In this document: in pieces, positions 40,031 to 49,586 of the stretch | How the letters are laid out: each line of letters begins with the position of its first letter | Position numbering within the stretch: the first letter of the stretch is position 1 | Assembly: GCA_019058315.1 (NCBI GenBank) | Contig: JAHPZH010000006.1 | Location: forward strand, 224,001 to 288,000 | Length of the DNA: 64,000 nucleotides | DNA from: Candidatus Helarchaeota archaeon | Lineage (GTDB): Archaea; Asgardarchaeota; Lokiarchaeia; Helarchaeales; RDOG01 | Direction of reading: 5' to 3' | Translations under genes and position numbers: made by a program | Notes under the pieces: generated by a model | Databases searched by the model: none | Told to the model about the DNA's origin: nothing | What the model saw: the letters and a program-made list of their open reading frames with translations, nothing else

Positions 40031-41326
40031 ATGAAAACATTAATATTAGCAGCTGGGGAAGGAAAAAGGTTAAGACCACTTACAGAAACATGTCCTAAAC
40101 CTATGCTTCACATTGCTGGAAAGCCAACACTTCAACATGTTATTGAAAATTTAAAAAGTACAGGTTTAAATGATTTCGTTATAGTAGTTGGGTTTTTAAA
40201 AGAGCAAATTATGGATTATTTTGGCACAGGCTTTGATTTTGGTGTTAAAATAAAATATGTGGAACAAAGAAAGCCAGAAGGACCTGAAGATGCCATTTTA
40301 TCTGCAGAATCAGAATTAGGGAACGAATCAGAATTTTTAATTGCACATGCTGATACTTTTTCAGACCCTACTATGATTAAAAGGACAATTGAAACTCATC
40401 AAAAATTAAATCCGGAAGCAACAATTTCAGTAACTTTGGTGGATAATCCAAGTTTATATGGTATTGTTGCTATTGATGAAGAAGCTAGAATCCAGCAAAT
40501 AATTGAAAAACCGAAGCCTGGTTTTGCCCCATCTAACTTTGCGGTAACTGGAATTTATATCTTCAAATCTGAAATTTTTGATCATCTATCCAAAACTAAG
40601 CATTTAGATGATGCAATTCAGGCCATAATTACTAAAAAAGGTAATATTTATTCTTCTGTATGGGAAAAAGAATGGGTAGAAATTCGTTACCCTTGGGACA
40701 TTTTAAAAGCAAATGAATTTGTATTAAAAAGAAAATTAGAGGGTAAGGGTTCTTTTATTTCAGAATCTGCAGAAATTTCTGACGAATCTAGAATTAAGGG
40801 TCCAGTGGAAATTTCAAAAAATGTTATAATAAAAGCCGGAGCCGAAATTGTGGGTCCCTGTTTTATTGATGAAAATGCTTATATTGGTACGAATTCTTTG
40901 GTCAGAGGTCACACCTCAATTGGGAAAAATTCAATATTAGGATATGGAACTGAGATAAAAAATAGTGTTATTTTTCCTGGAACTAAAGTAGGGCGTCTTA
41001 GCTTTATTGGTGATAGTATTATTGGAAATGATGTTAGATTTAGATCGAGTATTCAAGTATCAAATTTTCCATCTGTAGAAAAATTAGAACCTGAAGATCC
41101 AAAAATCAAGATGAATTTTGAGAATGAATCAATAATAGTTCCATTAAGAAAATTCGGTGCTATAATTGGAGACAAAACGGTACTAGAAAACAATGTTTCT
41201 ATAGCACCCGGAAAAAAAATCGGTAGAAATTCGATTATAATGCCAGGATGTATTATAGAAAGTGATGTGGCATCAGAAACAATAGTTTCTGTAAAACAGA
41301 GTCTAGAATACAAAAAACTAAAATAA
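40031..41326 (+). CDS. Bifunctional sugar-1-phosphate nucleotidyltransferase/acetyltransferase (archaeal GlmU-like)
   Basis: LAAGEGKRLRPLT..PKPM plus hexapeptide repeats. Confidence 0.88.
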   Translation: MKTLILAAGEGKRLRPLTETCPKPMLHIAGKPTLQHVIENLKSTGLNDFVIVVGFLKEQIMDYFGTGFDFGVKIKYVEQRKPEGPEDAILSAESELGNESEFLIAHADTFSDPTMIKRTIETHQKLNPEATISVTLVDNPSLYGIVAIDEEARIQQIIEKPKPGFAPSNFAVTGIYIFKSEIFDHLSKTKHLDDAIQAIITKKGNIYSSVWEKEWVEIRYPWDILKANEFVLKRKLEGKGSFISESAEISDESRIKGPVEISKNVIIKAGAEIVGPCFIDENAYIGTNSLVRGHTSIGKNSILGYGTEIKNSVIFPGTKVGRLSFIGDSIIGNDVRFRSSIQVSNFPSVEKLEPEDPKIKMNFENESIIVPLRKFGAIIGDKTVLENNVSIAPGKKIGRNSIIMPGCIIESDVASETIVSVKQSLEYKKLK

Positions 41327-41357
41327 TCATAAAGTCAATTTTAAATGAGGGATATTT

Positions 41358-42623
41358 ATGTCAGAAGAAAATGAAAAAGAATTAAAAGAAGAGAAAGAAA
41401 TAAAAGATGAAAAAGTAGAATTAGAGGTAGTAAAAGAGGAAGATCAAGAAAAAATTACTGAAACTGAAGATATTGATAGAGATGCTCTTCTAGCTGAAGA
41501 AATGACATTATTAATGAATGAATTTCAGACCGAAATAGTTGAAGGAGTAATTTCAAGAATAAGAGTCTATCTTGCTATTTCTGAACAGTTAAATTTTATT
41601 GTTGGAATCGATTTTAGCAATTTTCCAGATAAACCATTACTTACTGTGCAAGATGAATTAAAGTCTCTAATAAATCCAGATGAATTGGATACTATGAAAA
41701 CTTGGAAAAAAGGTATGCATATAGTCGAAATTTTCCGTGAATTAGAACAAAAGCTAGTTGGAATCAATAAAACAAAACAACAAGTAAGGCTAATTTCTGG
41801 AGAATTTAAATCAGAAGAAGTAGGACCTAAACAAATAAATGTTGATTTACTTACTTTTGGATTAAGGGAGTATCGAATTGAAATAGATTTAGAACCTCTC
41901 CCAAAAGTTCCTACTATGAAATTTTCAAGTGAATTGCAAGATATGGTTAAAACAACTTATCAAGAACTTGAATCTGTAAAAAATTGGGATTTCACTATTA
42001 TGTCTGTTAATGATATTCTCCGTGAAATTCAATGGGAAATTGATAAAAAATCAAGATTAATATTCGAAGTTGATCTACTTTGGGGCCTCGATAAAGTTGA
42101 TTATAAACCCGATCAAAGAAAGATATATATTGAAATGAAAGGAAAAATGAAAACTGCAGATCAGATTTTTAAATTTGAAGTCGAACTTCCAGAAGATTAC
42201 CCATCTAATCGCCCTACTATAAAGATTGTTTCAGAGGTATCAGATGATGAAGTTGCAAAACAAATGGAAAATGCAATGAAAATCTTGGATGAATGGTCCA
42301 CCTTTACATACCTTGTGGATATATTTGAAACTATTTCTAAGGCAATTTTAAAAGCATCCATTATTTCATGCATTATTTGTCATAAAATGGAATGTCCTAC
42401 TTGTGGTAAACCTATGGTAGAGGTTGAAGCTCCTACAACGCCCCCCGAAGCTGCTGAAATGACCGGTGTTCCTACTGGTTCAGGAGGTACTTGCCATACT
42501 ACTTGCCCTCATTGTGCAAAACCATATCATGAACACTGCTGGAACCAAAATATCCAAGCAATTAAAAAATGTGCGTTTTGTATGAGAGAGCCGTTTGTAA
42601 CTTCTCCCATTCAACAAGAGTAA
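41358..42623 (+). CDS. Triple RWD/UEV-like + RING-type zinc finger protein, candidate E3 ligase
   Basis: IDFSNFPDKP, IDLEPLPKVP, ELPEDYPSNRP; C-terminal CIIC..CPTC..CPHC..HEHC..CAFC. Confidence 0.65.
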   Translation: MSEENEKELKEEKEIKDEKVELEVVKEEDQEKITETEDIDRDALLAEEMTLLMNEFQTEIVEGVISRIRVYLAISEQLNFIVGIDFSNFPDKPLLTVQDELKSLINPDELDTMKTWKKGMHIVEIFRELEQKLVGINKTKQQVRLISGEFKSEEVGPKQINVDLLTFGLREYRIEIDLEPLPKVPTMKFSSELQDMVKTTYQELESVKNWDFTIMSVNDILREIQWEIDKKSRLIFEVDLLWGLDKVDYKPDQRKIYIEMKGKMKTADQIFKFEVELPEDYPSNRPTIKIVSEVSDDEVAKQMENAMKILDEWSTFTYLVDIFETISKAILKASIISCIICHKMECPTCGKPMVEVEAPTTPPEAAEMTGVPTGSGGTCHTTCPHCAKPYHEHCWNQNIQAIKKCAFCMREPFVTSPIQQE

Positions 42624-42741
42624 ATAAAAAATAGAATTTTATTTTATATTTTTATTTTATTATTTTAGATCAATTTTTAACAAAATTAAATAATAGAACA
42701 TAGAAATAACATAAAATTATGAATAATTAGAGGAAAAATTC

Positions 42742-43971
42742 ATGACAACCAAAGAAAAGAAACTTTATACTCGCCATCATATGTTAGAAGGATGGGCGCA
42801 AGATTTAATCAAAGATTCCACAGTTTTTATGATCGGAGTAGGAGCATTAGGATGTGAAATAGCTAAAAATTTAGCTTTAGTTGGTATTGGAAAAATGTAC
42901 CTCTGTGATGTTGATACAATTGAGACATCAAATCTCTCACGACAGATGCTCTTCAAACCTGGTGATGAAGGTAGAGGAAAAGCAGAAGTAGGTGCTGAAA
43001 GACTTAAGGAGTTAAATCCATTCATGGAAGTGGAACATTTTAATCAATTCCTGCAAGAAATTCCAATGAAATTCTATGAAGAATCAGATCTAGTTATTGG
43101 GGGTTTAGATAATATAAGAGCTAGATTAGATTTAAACGATATTTGTCTTCGATTGAAAAAACCACTTATTGATTCTGGAACTCTGGGCTATGAAGGGCAT
43201 GTACAAATAGTAATTCCACCAGGGATAGAAGGGTTTGAGCAAACCCCATGTCTTCGATGCCTAATGCCAATTCCGCCAACCGATGAAAAGCTTGTAGCAG
43301 CGTGTACACCAAAAGGAATCCCACAAAAACGTGAGCATTGTGCTTTAAAGGCAGAATATGAATTCGGTAAAAAGTATAATAGAAGACCTGACTTTGAAAA
43401 TGATGATGATATTGCTGTATTGGTTGAATATGCAAATAAATTTGTGGAAGAATATAAATTTCCTCCAGAATTTAATGCCGAAGATATGGAAAATGTGATA
43501 AAAAATAAAATGCCCGCAATACAAACTACAACTGCTGTGATTTCATCCATTCAATCCCATGAAATCTTAAAAATACTCCATAAATTGAAAGGTTATGATA
43601 TTGGACCTTTAATGAACCCACCGTATATTAATTATAATGGAAAATATGGTTTATTTGAACAGATAGAGGTAGCTATTTGGGATGAATGTCCCGCTTGCGG
43701 TAAAGGAATTGATTTAAGAAGGATTGAAATTGAATCATCTGCAATTATTCTTTCTATTTTCGACCAATTGAAGTATGCAGGTTTTGATTTAGACCCTGAT
43801 CAAACGTTAATAACTAAAGAATTAACAAAAAAAGTAGTATGGAATCCATATGTTCCTAAATTAAAAGATCCTAATAAAACAATTGAAGAAAGTGGTATCC
43901 AAGATCACGATCTCCTTATGTGCTCTGTACCGAATCAAGAATCAATTAGAATTTTAGTAATTTATATTTAA
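42742..43971 (+). CDS. Ubiquitin-like activating enzyme E1 (Uba3-like)
   Basis: GVGALGCE, DTIETSNLSRQ, GLDNIRAR, CTPKGIPQKREHC, PAIQTTTAVI, C-terminal ubiquitin-fold-like domain. Confidence 0.88.
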   Translation: MTTKEKKLYTRHHMLEGWAQDLIKDSTVFMIGVGALGCEIAKNLALVGIGKMYLCDVDTIETSNLSRQMLFKPGDEGRGKAEVGAERLKELNPFMEVEHFNQFLQEIPMKFYEESDLVIGGLDNIRARLDLNDICLRLKKPLIDSGTLGYEGHVQIVIPPGIEGFEQTPCLRCLMPIPPTDEKLVAACTPKGIPQKREHCALKAEYEFGKKYNRRPDFENDDDIAVLVEYANKFVEEYKFPPEFNAEDMENVIKNKMPAIQTTTAVISSIQSHEILKILHKLKGYDIGPLMNPPYINYNGKYGLFEQIEVAIWDECPACGKGIDLRRIEIESSAIILSIFDQLKYAGFDLDPDQTLITKELTKKVVWNPYVPKLKDPNKTIEESGIQDHDLLMCSVPNQESIRILVIYI

Positions 43972-44244
43972 AAACTCCCCCTATTTTTAATCGATTCAAG
44001 CTATTAAGACATTTTTTTAATTAATCATAATTGTAGTATTCTAGACAATTCGAGTTCATTTATAAACGATATTTTTCACAAAACATATAAATTGAATAGT
44101 GCAGAAATCGTAAGATATTAATGAATCCCAATCAAAATTTAAATTATTATAAAATTAAGCTAAAAACTGAAAATTGATACTTTAATATTTGAAAAAAGAA
44201 ACTTCTGTTCTTTAACGGTTGATATTTAATAAGAGGTGAAGTTA

Positions 44245-44754
44245 ATGCGAGAAGAAACAGACTATGTAGAAGCAACAAACCAATTTAGAGGAGATGATAG
44301 TGTTATCATCGAACCTTGGGTTGACAGAGTCGATCATTTAAGAGTTATCATAGTTGGAATTTCAAATACTCCATTCCATAAAGGTAGATTCGTATTCGAA
44401 GTAAAATTACCATCAAATTTTCCTTATGCTCCCCCTTATGTGTACTGTCAGACTCTAATCTGGCATCCAAATATAGATCCAAGTGTTCCTCCAGGAAAGA
44501 CGAATATTTGTTTAGATCTCATTAATCCTGATCTAATTGGGAAAGTTGATCCCCAGACTGGAGCTTCAGGTTGGACTCCTTCGAAAACTTTAATAAATGT
44601 AATAGAAGCTCTCAAAGGTATGATTCATTGCCAACCACCCTTCTTCAATCCTGATGATCCACTGAATAACAAGGCAGGAGAACAATATCAAAAAAATCCT
44701 AAAAAGTTCAATGCAGAAGCTAAAAAATGGACAGAAAAATACGCAATGAGATAA
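44245..44754 (+). CDS. Ubiquitin-conjugating enzyme E2
   Basis: FPYAPP, WHPNI, ICLDLI (catalytic Cys), WTPS, DPLN; ATG 44245 follows GAGGTGA. Confidence 0.93.
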   Translation: MREETDYVEATNQFRGDDSVIIEPWVDRVDHLRVIIVGISNTPFHKGRFVFEVKLPSNFPYAPPYVYCQTLIWHPNIDPSVPPGKTNICLDLINPDLIGKVDPQTGASGWTPSKTLINVIEALKGMIHCQPPFFNPDDPLNNKAGEQYQKNPKKFNAEAKKWTEKYAMR

Positions 44755-44785
44755 TTCCCAAGGATTTGAAACGAGGGGAATAAAA

Positions 44786-46204
44786 ATGTCTGAAAAGAAA
44801 GAAAAGAAAGAAGAAAAAAAGGAAAAGAAGGAAGAAAAGAAGGAAGAAAAGAAAGAGGAAAAAAAAGAAGAAACGGTAATGGAAAAAAAAGAACCCTCTG
44901 GTGTTCAAGAGCCCGGTATTGTACATCTCAGCCTAAGAGCTTATCAATCTATTATACTTCATGCATCTCGATTTGCAAATTCAAAATTACCAATGGATGC
45001 TTGGAAGGAAATTTATGGATTCCTGATAGGCAAATTGGAGGGGGAGGACGTTATAATAGAAGATGCAGTTCCTATGGCACATGGCTCGAGTGTAGAAGTC
45101 GAATTCGATGAAGAACATTATATTAAATCAGCACAAATTGATTCTATGGCTGCCGAAAGAGGACAGTTTATGGTGGGATGGTATCATTCTCATCCTGGCT
45201 TGGGGTTATTTTTATCAAATACAGATATAAAAAATCAACTCGGTTATCAAGGTCCAAATCCAAAAGCTATAGCGTTAGTTTTTGATCACACAAAATTAGA
45301 TCCTCCAAAGCACCCAGGATTTGATATTTTCAAGTTAGATGACCCAAATTTAGGGACAATGTCGGACTTTCATGAAATAAAATATAAAATTGAAGAAGTA
45401 GATCATAAAAGTTTCACCGAATCTCTTGTTGACATGACGGAAAGAAGTGTTTCTAGGTTACCACTAATAGCCGAATTTGGAGAAGAAGGCACTATTTTTA
45501 GCTCAGGAGATGAAAGTTCCGATTCATCAATGCCATCAATAAGTACAACTCCACTTGGAGAAATACGTATTACTGTTCCGGCTATGAATATTGATCCAGC
45601 TTTAGAGGGGTTTACACAAGGTTTTAAAAGTATGTTACAAGAAATTATGCCACCTATGTTTTCATCATTTGCTGATCAAACACAACAACTTGCCAATACA
45701 TTTCAGGAATTAGGCAACCGACAAGTAAAGGCTATGAATGATTTACAAGAATTACTTTCAATTGGAATTGGAGAAGTGCGAACTCAAATTGTAAAAAAAA
45801 TTGATGAAAGTCATGAAGGATTAGTGAATGTCTCCGCAACAAACTTTGCAAACTTGACTGAGATTGTAGAGAAGACTTCCGATGACGTTTCAGACATGGA
45901 GGACCGAATAATTGATGATGTTGTAAAGAGTAAAGATGAGATTCGAGAAAAAGTTTCAATTTCATTGTCCGAGTTTCATGATGATATAGGAAAAGAAATG
46001 GACAAAATGAAAGGCGATATTGAGGATATGGAAAAGGAAATAGTAGATAAAATAAACCTCCATATTGATAGTGTAACTGAAGAACTAACCAAAATTATTG
46101 AAATGAAAATTAGCGATAATTTAAAGGAATTTAATAAAGCAATAACAAAACGTCTTAATGATTTAGAAGAAAAAGTCGAAAAACTTAGTACAAAGGGCAG
46201 CTAA
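44786..46204 (+). CDS. JAMM/MPN+ isopeptidase with long C-terminal coiled coil
   Basis: EIYGFLIG, GWYHSHPGLGLFLSNTD; helical C-terminal half. Confidence 0.88.
   Translation: MSEKKEKKEEKKEKKEEKKEEKKEEKKEETVMEKKEPSGVQEPGIVHLSLRAYQSIILHASRFANSKLPMDAWKEIYGFLIGKLEGEDVIIEDAVPMAHGSSVEVEFDEEHYIKSAQIDSMAAERGQFMVGWYHSHPGLGLFLSNTDIKNQLGYQGPNPKAIALVFDHTKLDPPKHPGFDIFKLDDPNLGTMSDFHEIKYKIEEVDHKSFTESLVDMTERSVSRLPLIAEFGEEGTIFSSGDESSDSSMPSISTTPLGEIRITVPAMNIDPALEGFTQGFKSMLQEIMPPMFSSFADQTQQLANTFQELGNRQVKAMNDLQELLSIGIGEVRTQIVKKIDESHEGLVNVSATNFANLTEIVEKTSDDVSDMEDRIIDDVVKSKDEIREKVSISLSEFHDDIGKEMDKMKGDIEDMEKEIVDKINLHIDSVTEELTKIIEMKISDNLKEFNKAITKRLNDLEEKVEKLSTKGS
44792..44872 (+). repeat. Low-complexity (E)EKK coding repeat
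   Basis: Purine run encoding EKKEKKEEKKEKKEEKKEEKKEEKKEE. Confidence 0.8.
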
Positions 46205-46284
46205 ATTTTCTCTTTTATAGAATTATTTAAAATATAAATATTTTTAAAAATCCTATCTATTTTTATTACTTATTTATTGATAAA

Positions 46285-47112
46285 TTAATCAATTGTACTT
46301 TTTCCACAAAGTAAACAATTCTCTGCTCCTTCTAATTTCCACGTATCAATTGTTGAATTATATAAATCAATAATAGTTCGATTTGGAATTTCACTCCACC
46401 CTAATAAATAATGAACCATATAACTAATAGCCATGTTGGAAACAATTGCGGCAGTATAATTTGTAGATGCTGCTAAAGGATGTTCCTGTTTATCTGCAAT
46501 TTTATCAATTGGGATACTATTTTGGTTGATAATATTGTTTGGAGAAAAAATACTCTGAAATTCAGTTGCAATTGAAGCAAGAGAGGCTTGTAAACATTCA
46601 TAACATGGATAACCGTCTGGTTTTTGGTAAAGAATCATACCTGCATTACCACTAATAACATCAGTTCCAGCATAGATCATTGGTTTATGATTTTTTAAAC
46701 AAAGAGAGGATACTGCTACTCGTTTAATTTCTGGGCAATCTAGTCCATTTAGAACAAAATCAGCTTCTTTGATTAGAGGAATAAAATCAGTCCAATTTTT
46801 AAAAATATCAAGATCAATTGCTTCAATGGTAGTGTTAATTGCATGAAAAAATTCAAGATTTTTCTTAGCCACATTTACTTTTTTATTCCCAATCTCATTT
46901 TTATTAAATAATATCTGGCGATTTAAATTAGAGGGTTCGATGATGTCATGATCAACTAAAACAATTTTTTTTATACCGAGTCTACAGCAACTCACAGCCA
47001 TATGGGTTCCCATACCTCCAACTCCTACAATTAGTATATTTTTCTTTAATGATTCTTGGTTCCAATTGGGAATTAATTTTTGACGATGAAAAAAATTCAT
47101 ATTTAAAACCAT
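46285..47112 (-). CDS. ThiF/MoeB/E1-like adenylyltransferase
   Basis: GVGGMG, DIIEPSNLNRQ, PCYEC, CLLC. Confidence 0.88.
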   Translation of the reverse strand: MVLNMNFFHRQKLIPNWNQESLKKNILIVGVGGMGTHMAVSCCRLGIKKIVLVDHDIIEPSNLNRQILFNKNEIGNKKVNVAKKNLEFFHAINTTIEAIDLDIFKNWTDFIPLIKEADFVLNGLDCPEIKRVAVSSLCLKNHKPMIYAGTDVISGNAGMILYQKPDGYPCYECLQASLASIATEFQSIFSPNNIINQNSIPIDKIADKQEHPLAASTNYTAAIVSNMAISYMVHYLLGWSEIPNRTIIDLYNSTIDTWKLEGAENCLLCGKSTID

Positions 47113-47182
47113 CCCTAATTTCTTAAATATAAAAATTAATTATACATATTTGACTCTAATATTCTTCTATTAAAAAAAATAA

Positions 47183-48367
47183 GTGGTTTCTTTGAGTGAA
47201 CTAAAGATTGAGGACACCATTCTGTGTGTAGACACAAGTCGTAGCATGTTTAGAAAAGATTTTGACCCCAATCGAATACAAGCGGTCAAGAATGGGTTGA
47301 AAGAATTTGTACAAATGAAAAACCAACTCGATGATAGAGATAGGTTTGCTATTGTAGTTTTTTCTTCAGAGGCTAAAATAAAATTAGAAATGACAAATGA
47401 TGTTGACGATATACATAGCGCGATAGATACAATTAAAATTGGTGGTACAACTGGTTTAGGTGAAGGTTTAGCCGTGGGAATACAATTAGTTGTTAAAGAA
47501 ATCCAGCAAGTTGGAGCTAAAGTTTATAGAATGTTAGTTATATCCGATGGTAAACCTTGGGTTTCAACAATAAATCCTCTGAAAATGAGTAAAATTGCTT
47601 CAGGACTTAAACTTTCTGTTGATACTATAGGTTTATTCGAGCTTGGAGTAGCTTATCAGGAAAGCATTTTAGAGAAGATCTCATCTGAGACAAATGGAGA
47701 ATATGCAAGGGTTTATGATACCACATCATTAAGAGAAAGTTTATCAAATTTTGCGAATAAAAAAGAAATTCCATATTCCGCATCTCAAGAAGAATTGGAG
47801 TCAACTACTGCATTATTTCTTGAATCAATTGCAGGAGAGCTACTACATCCAGCAGATTTGTCGGAATCCCAAGAGCAGTTAATTAATCTCTTGTTAGGTA
47901 AAGAAAAAAATAAATGTACTATTTGTTTTCAAGATATTTGCCCAATTTGTCACGGTCCGTTCTATGCGTGTGGTAGATATTGTCCAAATTGCAAAAGTCC
48001 TATGCATTTACATTGTGCAGCTGAATGGGCTGCCGCCACAAAAGCTGAAGGTGAAAGTGCTTTTAGATGCACACGCTGCTTCTTTTTATTAAGAGTCCCA
48101 AAATCAATAAGCAAAGTTAAACTAATTAGAGGCTCCCGAACAAGGACTTATGAGGAACAAACTCAAGACGTAACACGTTTTAAATTAATAAAACAAGATT
48201 CAGAGGATTTATTAAATTCAGTGTGCCCAATTTGCCATATGATATTCGAAAAACCGCCAGCTTATTATTGTCCAACATGTTCTACTTATTATCATCCTAA
48301 ATGTCTTGATAAATATCTACAAAATGAAATGTCATGTCGTGTCTGTGGTAAGAAGATTGAATTATAA
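47183..48367 (+). CDS. VWA domain + two RING-like zinc fingers
   Basis: DTSRS MIDAS, DFDPNR, SDG; CTIC..CPIC..CPNC..HLHC..CTRC; CPIC..CPTC..HPKC..CRVC. Confidence 0.8.
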   Translation: MVSLSELKIEDTILCVDTSRSMFRKDFDPNRIQAVKNGLKEFVQMKNQLDDRDRFAIVVFSSEAKIKLEMTNDVDDIHSAIDTIKIGGTTGLGEGLAVGIQLVVKEIQQVGAKVYRMLVISDGKPWVSTINPLKMSKIASGLKLSVDTIGLFELGVAYQESILEKISSETNGEYARVYDTTSLRESLSNFANKKEIPYSASQEELESTTALFLESIAGELLHPADLSESQEQLINLLLGKEKNKCTICFQDICPICHGPFYACGRYCPNCKSPMHLHCAAEWAAATKAEGESAFRCTRCFFLLRVPKSISKVKLIRGSRTRTYEEQTQDVTRFKLIKQDSEDLLNSVCPICHMIFEKPPAYYCPTCSTYYHPKCLDKYLQNEMSCRVCGKKIEL

Positions 48368-48507
48368 TTAAAAATTAGAAAATTCTTCGATTTTCTGATA
48401 AGAAATAGCTTATTTTACAACTTTTGATTTCTTTAAACTGAAAAAGCAAGATTTAAATTAATTCTTGAACACCATTATTATAATTCATCTCAAAGGAGAT
48501 TTATCAA

Positions 48508-49359
48508 TTGGACGAAAATTTAGCAAATGAAAAAGAGATAAACTGGACTAATATAGCCATTTGGACTTGCATTGGTAGTTTTTTTGCTATTGTTATAATT
48601 TTAGCACTATCCGGTACTAATTTAGGAGCAGAGTTAATTAAAATTGTTTATGGATTTAAAAATGCTTTTGGTCCTGAATGGTCATTATTTATGATTTTTA
48701 TTGCTGTTTTTCTGATTTCAATTTTTGGAAATCTTACTGTTATTTTTCCAGTTCCCTATACTATTGCGTTAGGTATCATAACGATTTTTCCTGAATTCGA
48801 TATGACCCCAAGTTTGTTTAATCCTTCTGCAAACCCCCTTAATCTAATTCTATTAAGTCTTTTTGCAGGACTTGGTGCTGGACTTGGTGAAATTTCAGCA
48901 TATCTATTAGGGAGAGGCAGTGCTAAGACCCTAGAAGATACAAGTTATGGTAAAAGTCTAGATAATTTAAAAACTAGAGTCCAAAGTGGCTGGGCTATTC
49001 CATTGATGCTTCTTTTCGCTGCAACTCCAATTCCAGATGATCCGCTATTAATAGTGTTAGGAATGGTGAGCTACAGCCTGACTCGAATGACGATAGTCTA
49101 TATTTTTGGTAAAATAACATTTTGTTTATATATTGCTGTATTAATTCGATTAGCGATACAAAATCCTGCTATTGCTAAAGTTATGGCATATTTTGGTCTT
49201 GATGTTCAAGCTATTCAAATTTATGATTGGTTTGGTATTTGGGTATCTTCTGTTGATCCAATATCTTCTGCAATTTCTTGGATTGGTGTATTAGTATTTA
49301 TAATATTACTGATTTTCGTTGACTGGAAAGCTGCATATCATAAATTGCGTAAGAAATAG
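48508..49359 (+). CDS. DedA/VTT family membrane protein
   Basis: FPVPY, GAGLGEISAYLLGRG, FAATPIPDD, GKI. Confidence 0.82.
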   Translation: MDENLANEKEINWTNIAIWTCIGSFFAIVIILALSGTNLGAELIKIVYGFKNAFGPEWSLFMIFIAVFLISIFGNLTVIFPVPYTIALGIITIFPEFDMTPSLFNPSANPLNLILLSLFAGLGAGLGEISAYLLGRGSAKTLEDTSYGKSLDNLKTRVQSGWAIPLMLLFAATPIPDDPLLIVLGMVSYSLTRMTIVYIFGKITFCLYIAVLIRLAIQNPAIAKVMAYFGLDVQAIQIYDWFGIWVSSVDPISSAISWIGVLVFIILLIFVDWKAAYHKLRKK

Positions 49360-49397
49360 AAGTTTATTAATCTTTTAGATGTAATTAATCCAACCTA

Positions 49398-49586
49398 TTA
49401 AATGAGATCAATTTTATATTGTGTAATTTTGTAAAAAATATCCTTCTTTAATTTATTTAGTTTCCTTTTTCCTTCTAATAAACCCCTTCTGAAATTTTAT
49501 TCTTATTATAATCAGATTCGAGGTCTGTAAAATGGAAGTTTACTTTTTCTAGTTCCAAAATTTCATTTGCCCTAGATAATATTCAT
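49398..49586 (-). pseudogene. Frameshifted remnant paralogous to the C-terminal coiled coil of the 50792-52369 GTPase
   Basis: TDLESDYNKNKISEGVY then KLKKDIFYKITQYKIDLI in two frames, versus SDLESNYQNISEEEY...KKEILYKITQMKISLI. Confidence 0.65.

Noticed and set aside
43972-44244. Hidden ubiquitin/SAMP gene between E1 and E2
   Set aside because: The frames inspected are closed by early stops, and no Gly-Gly-ending ORF was seen.
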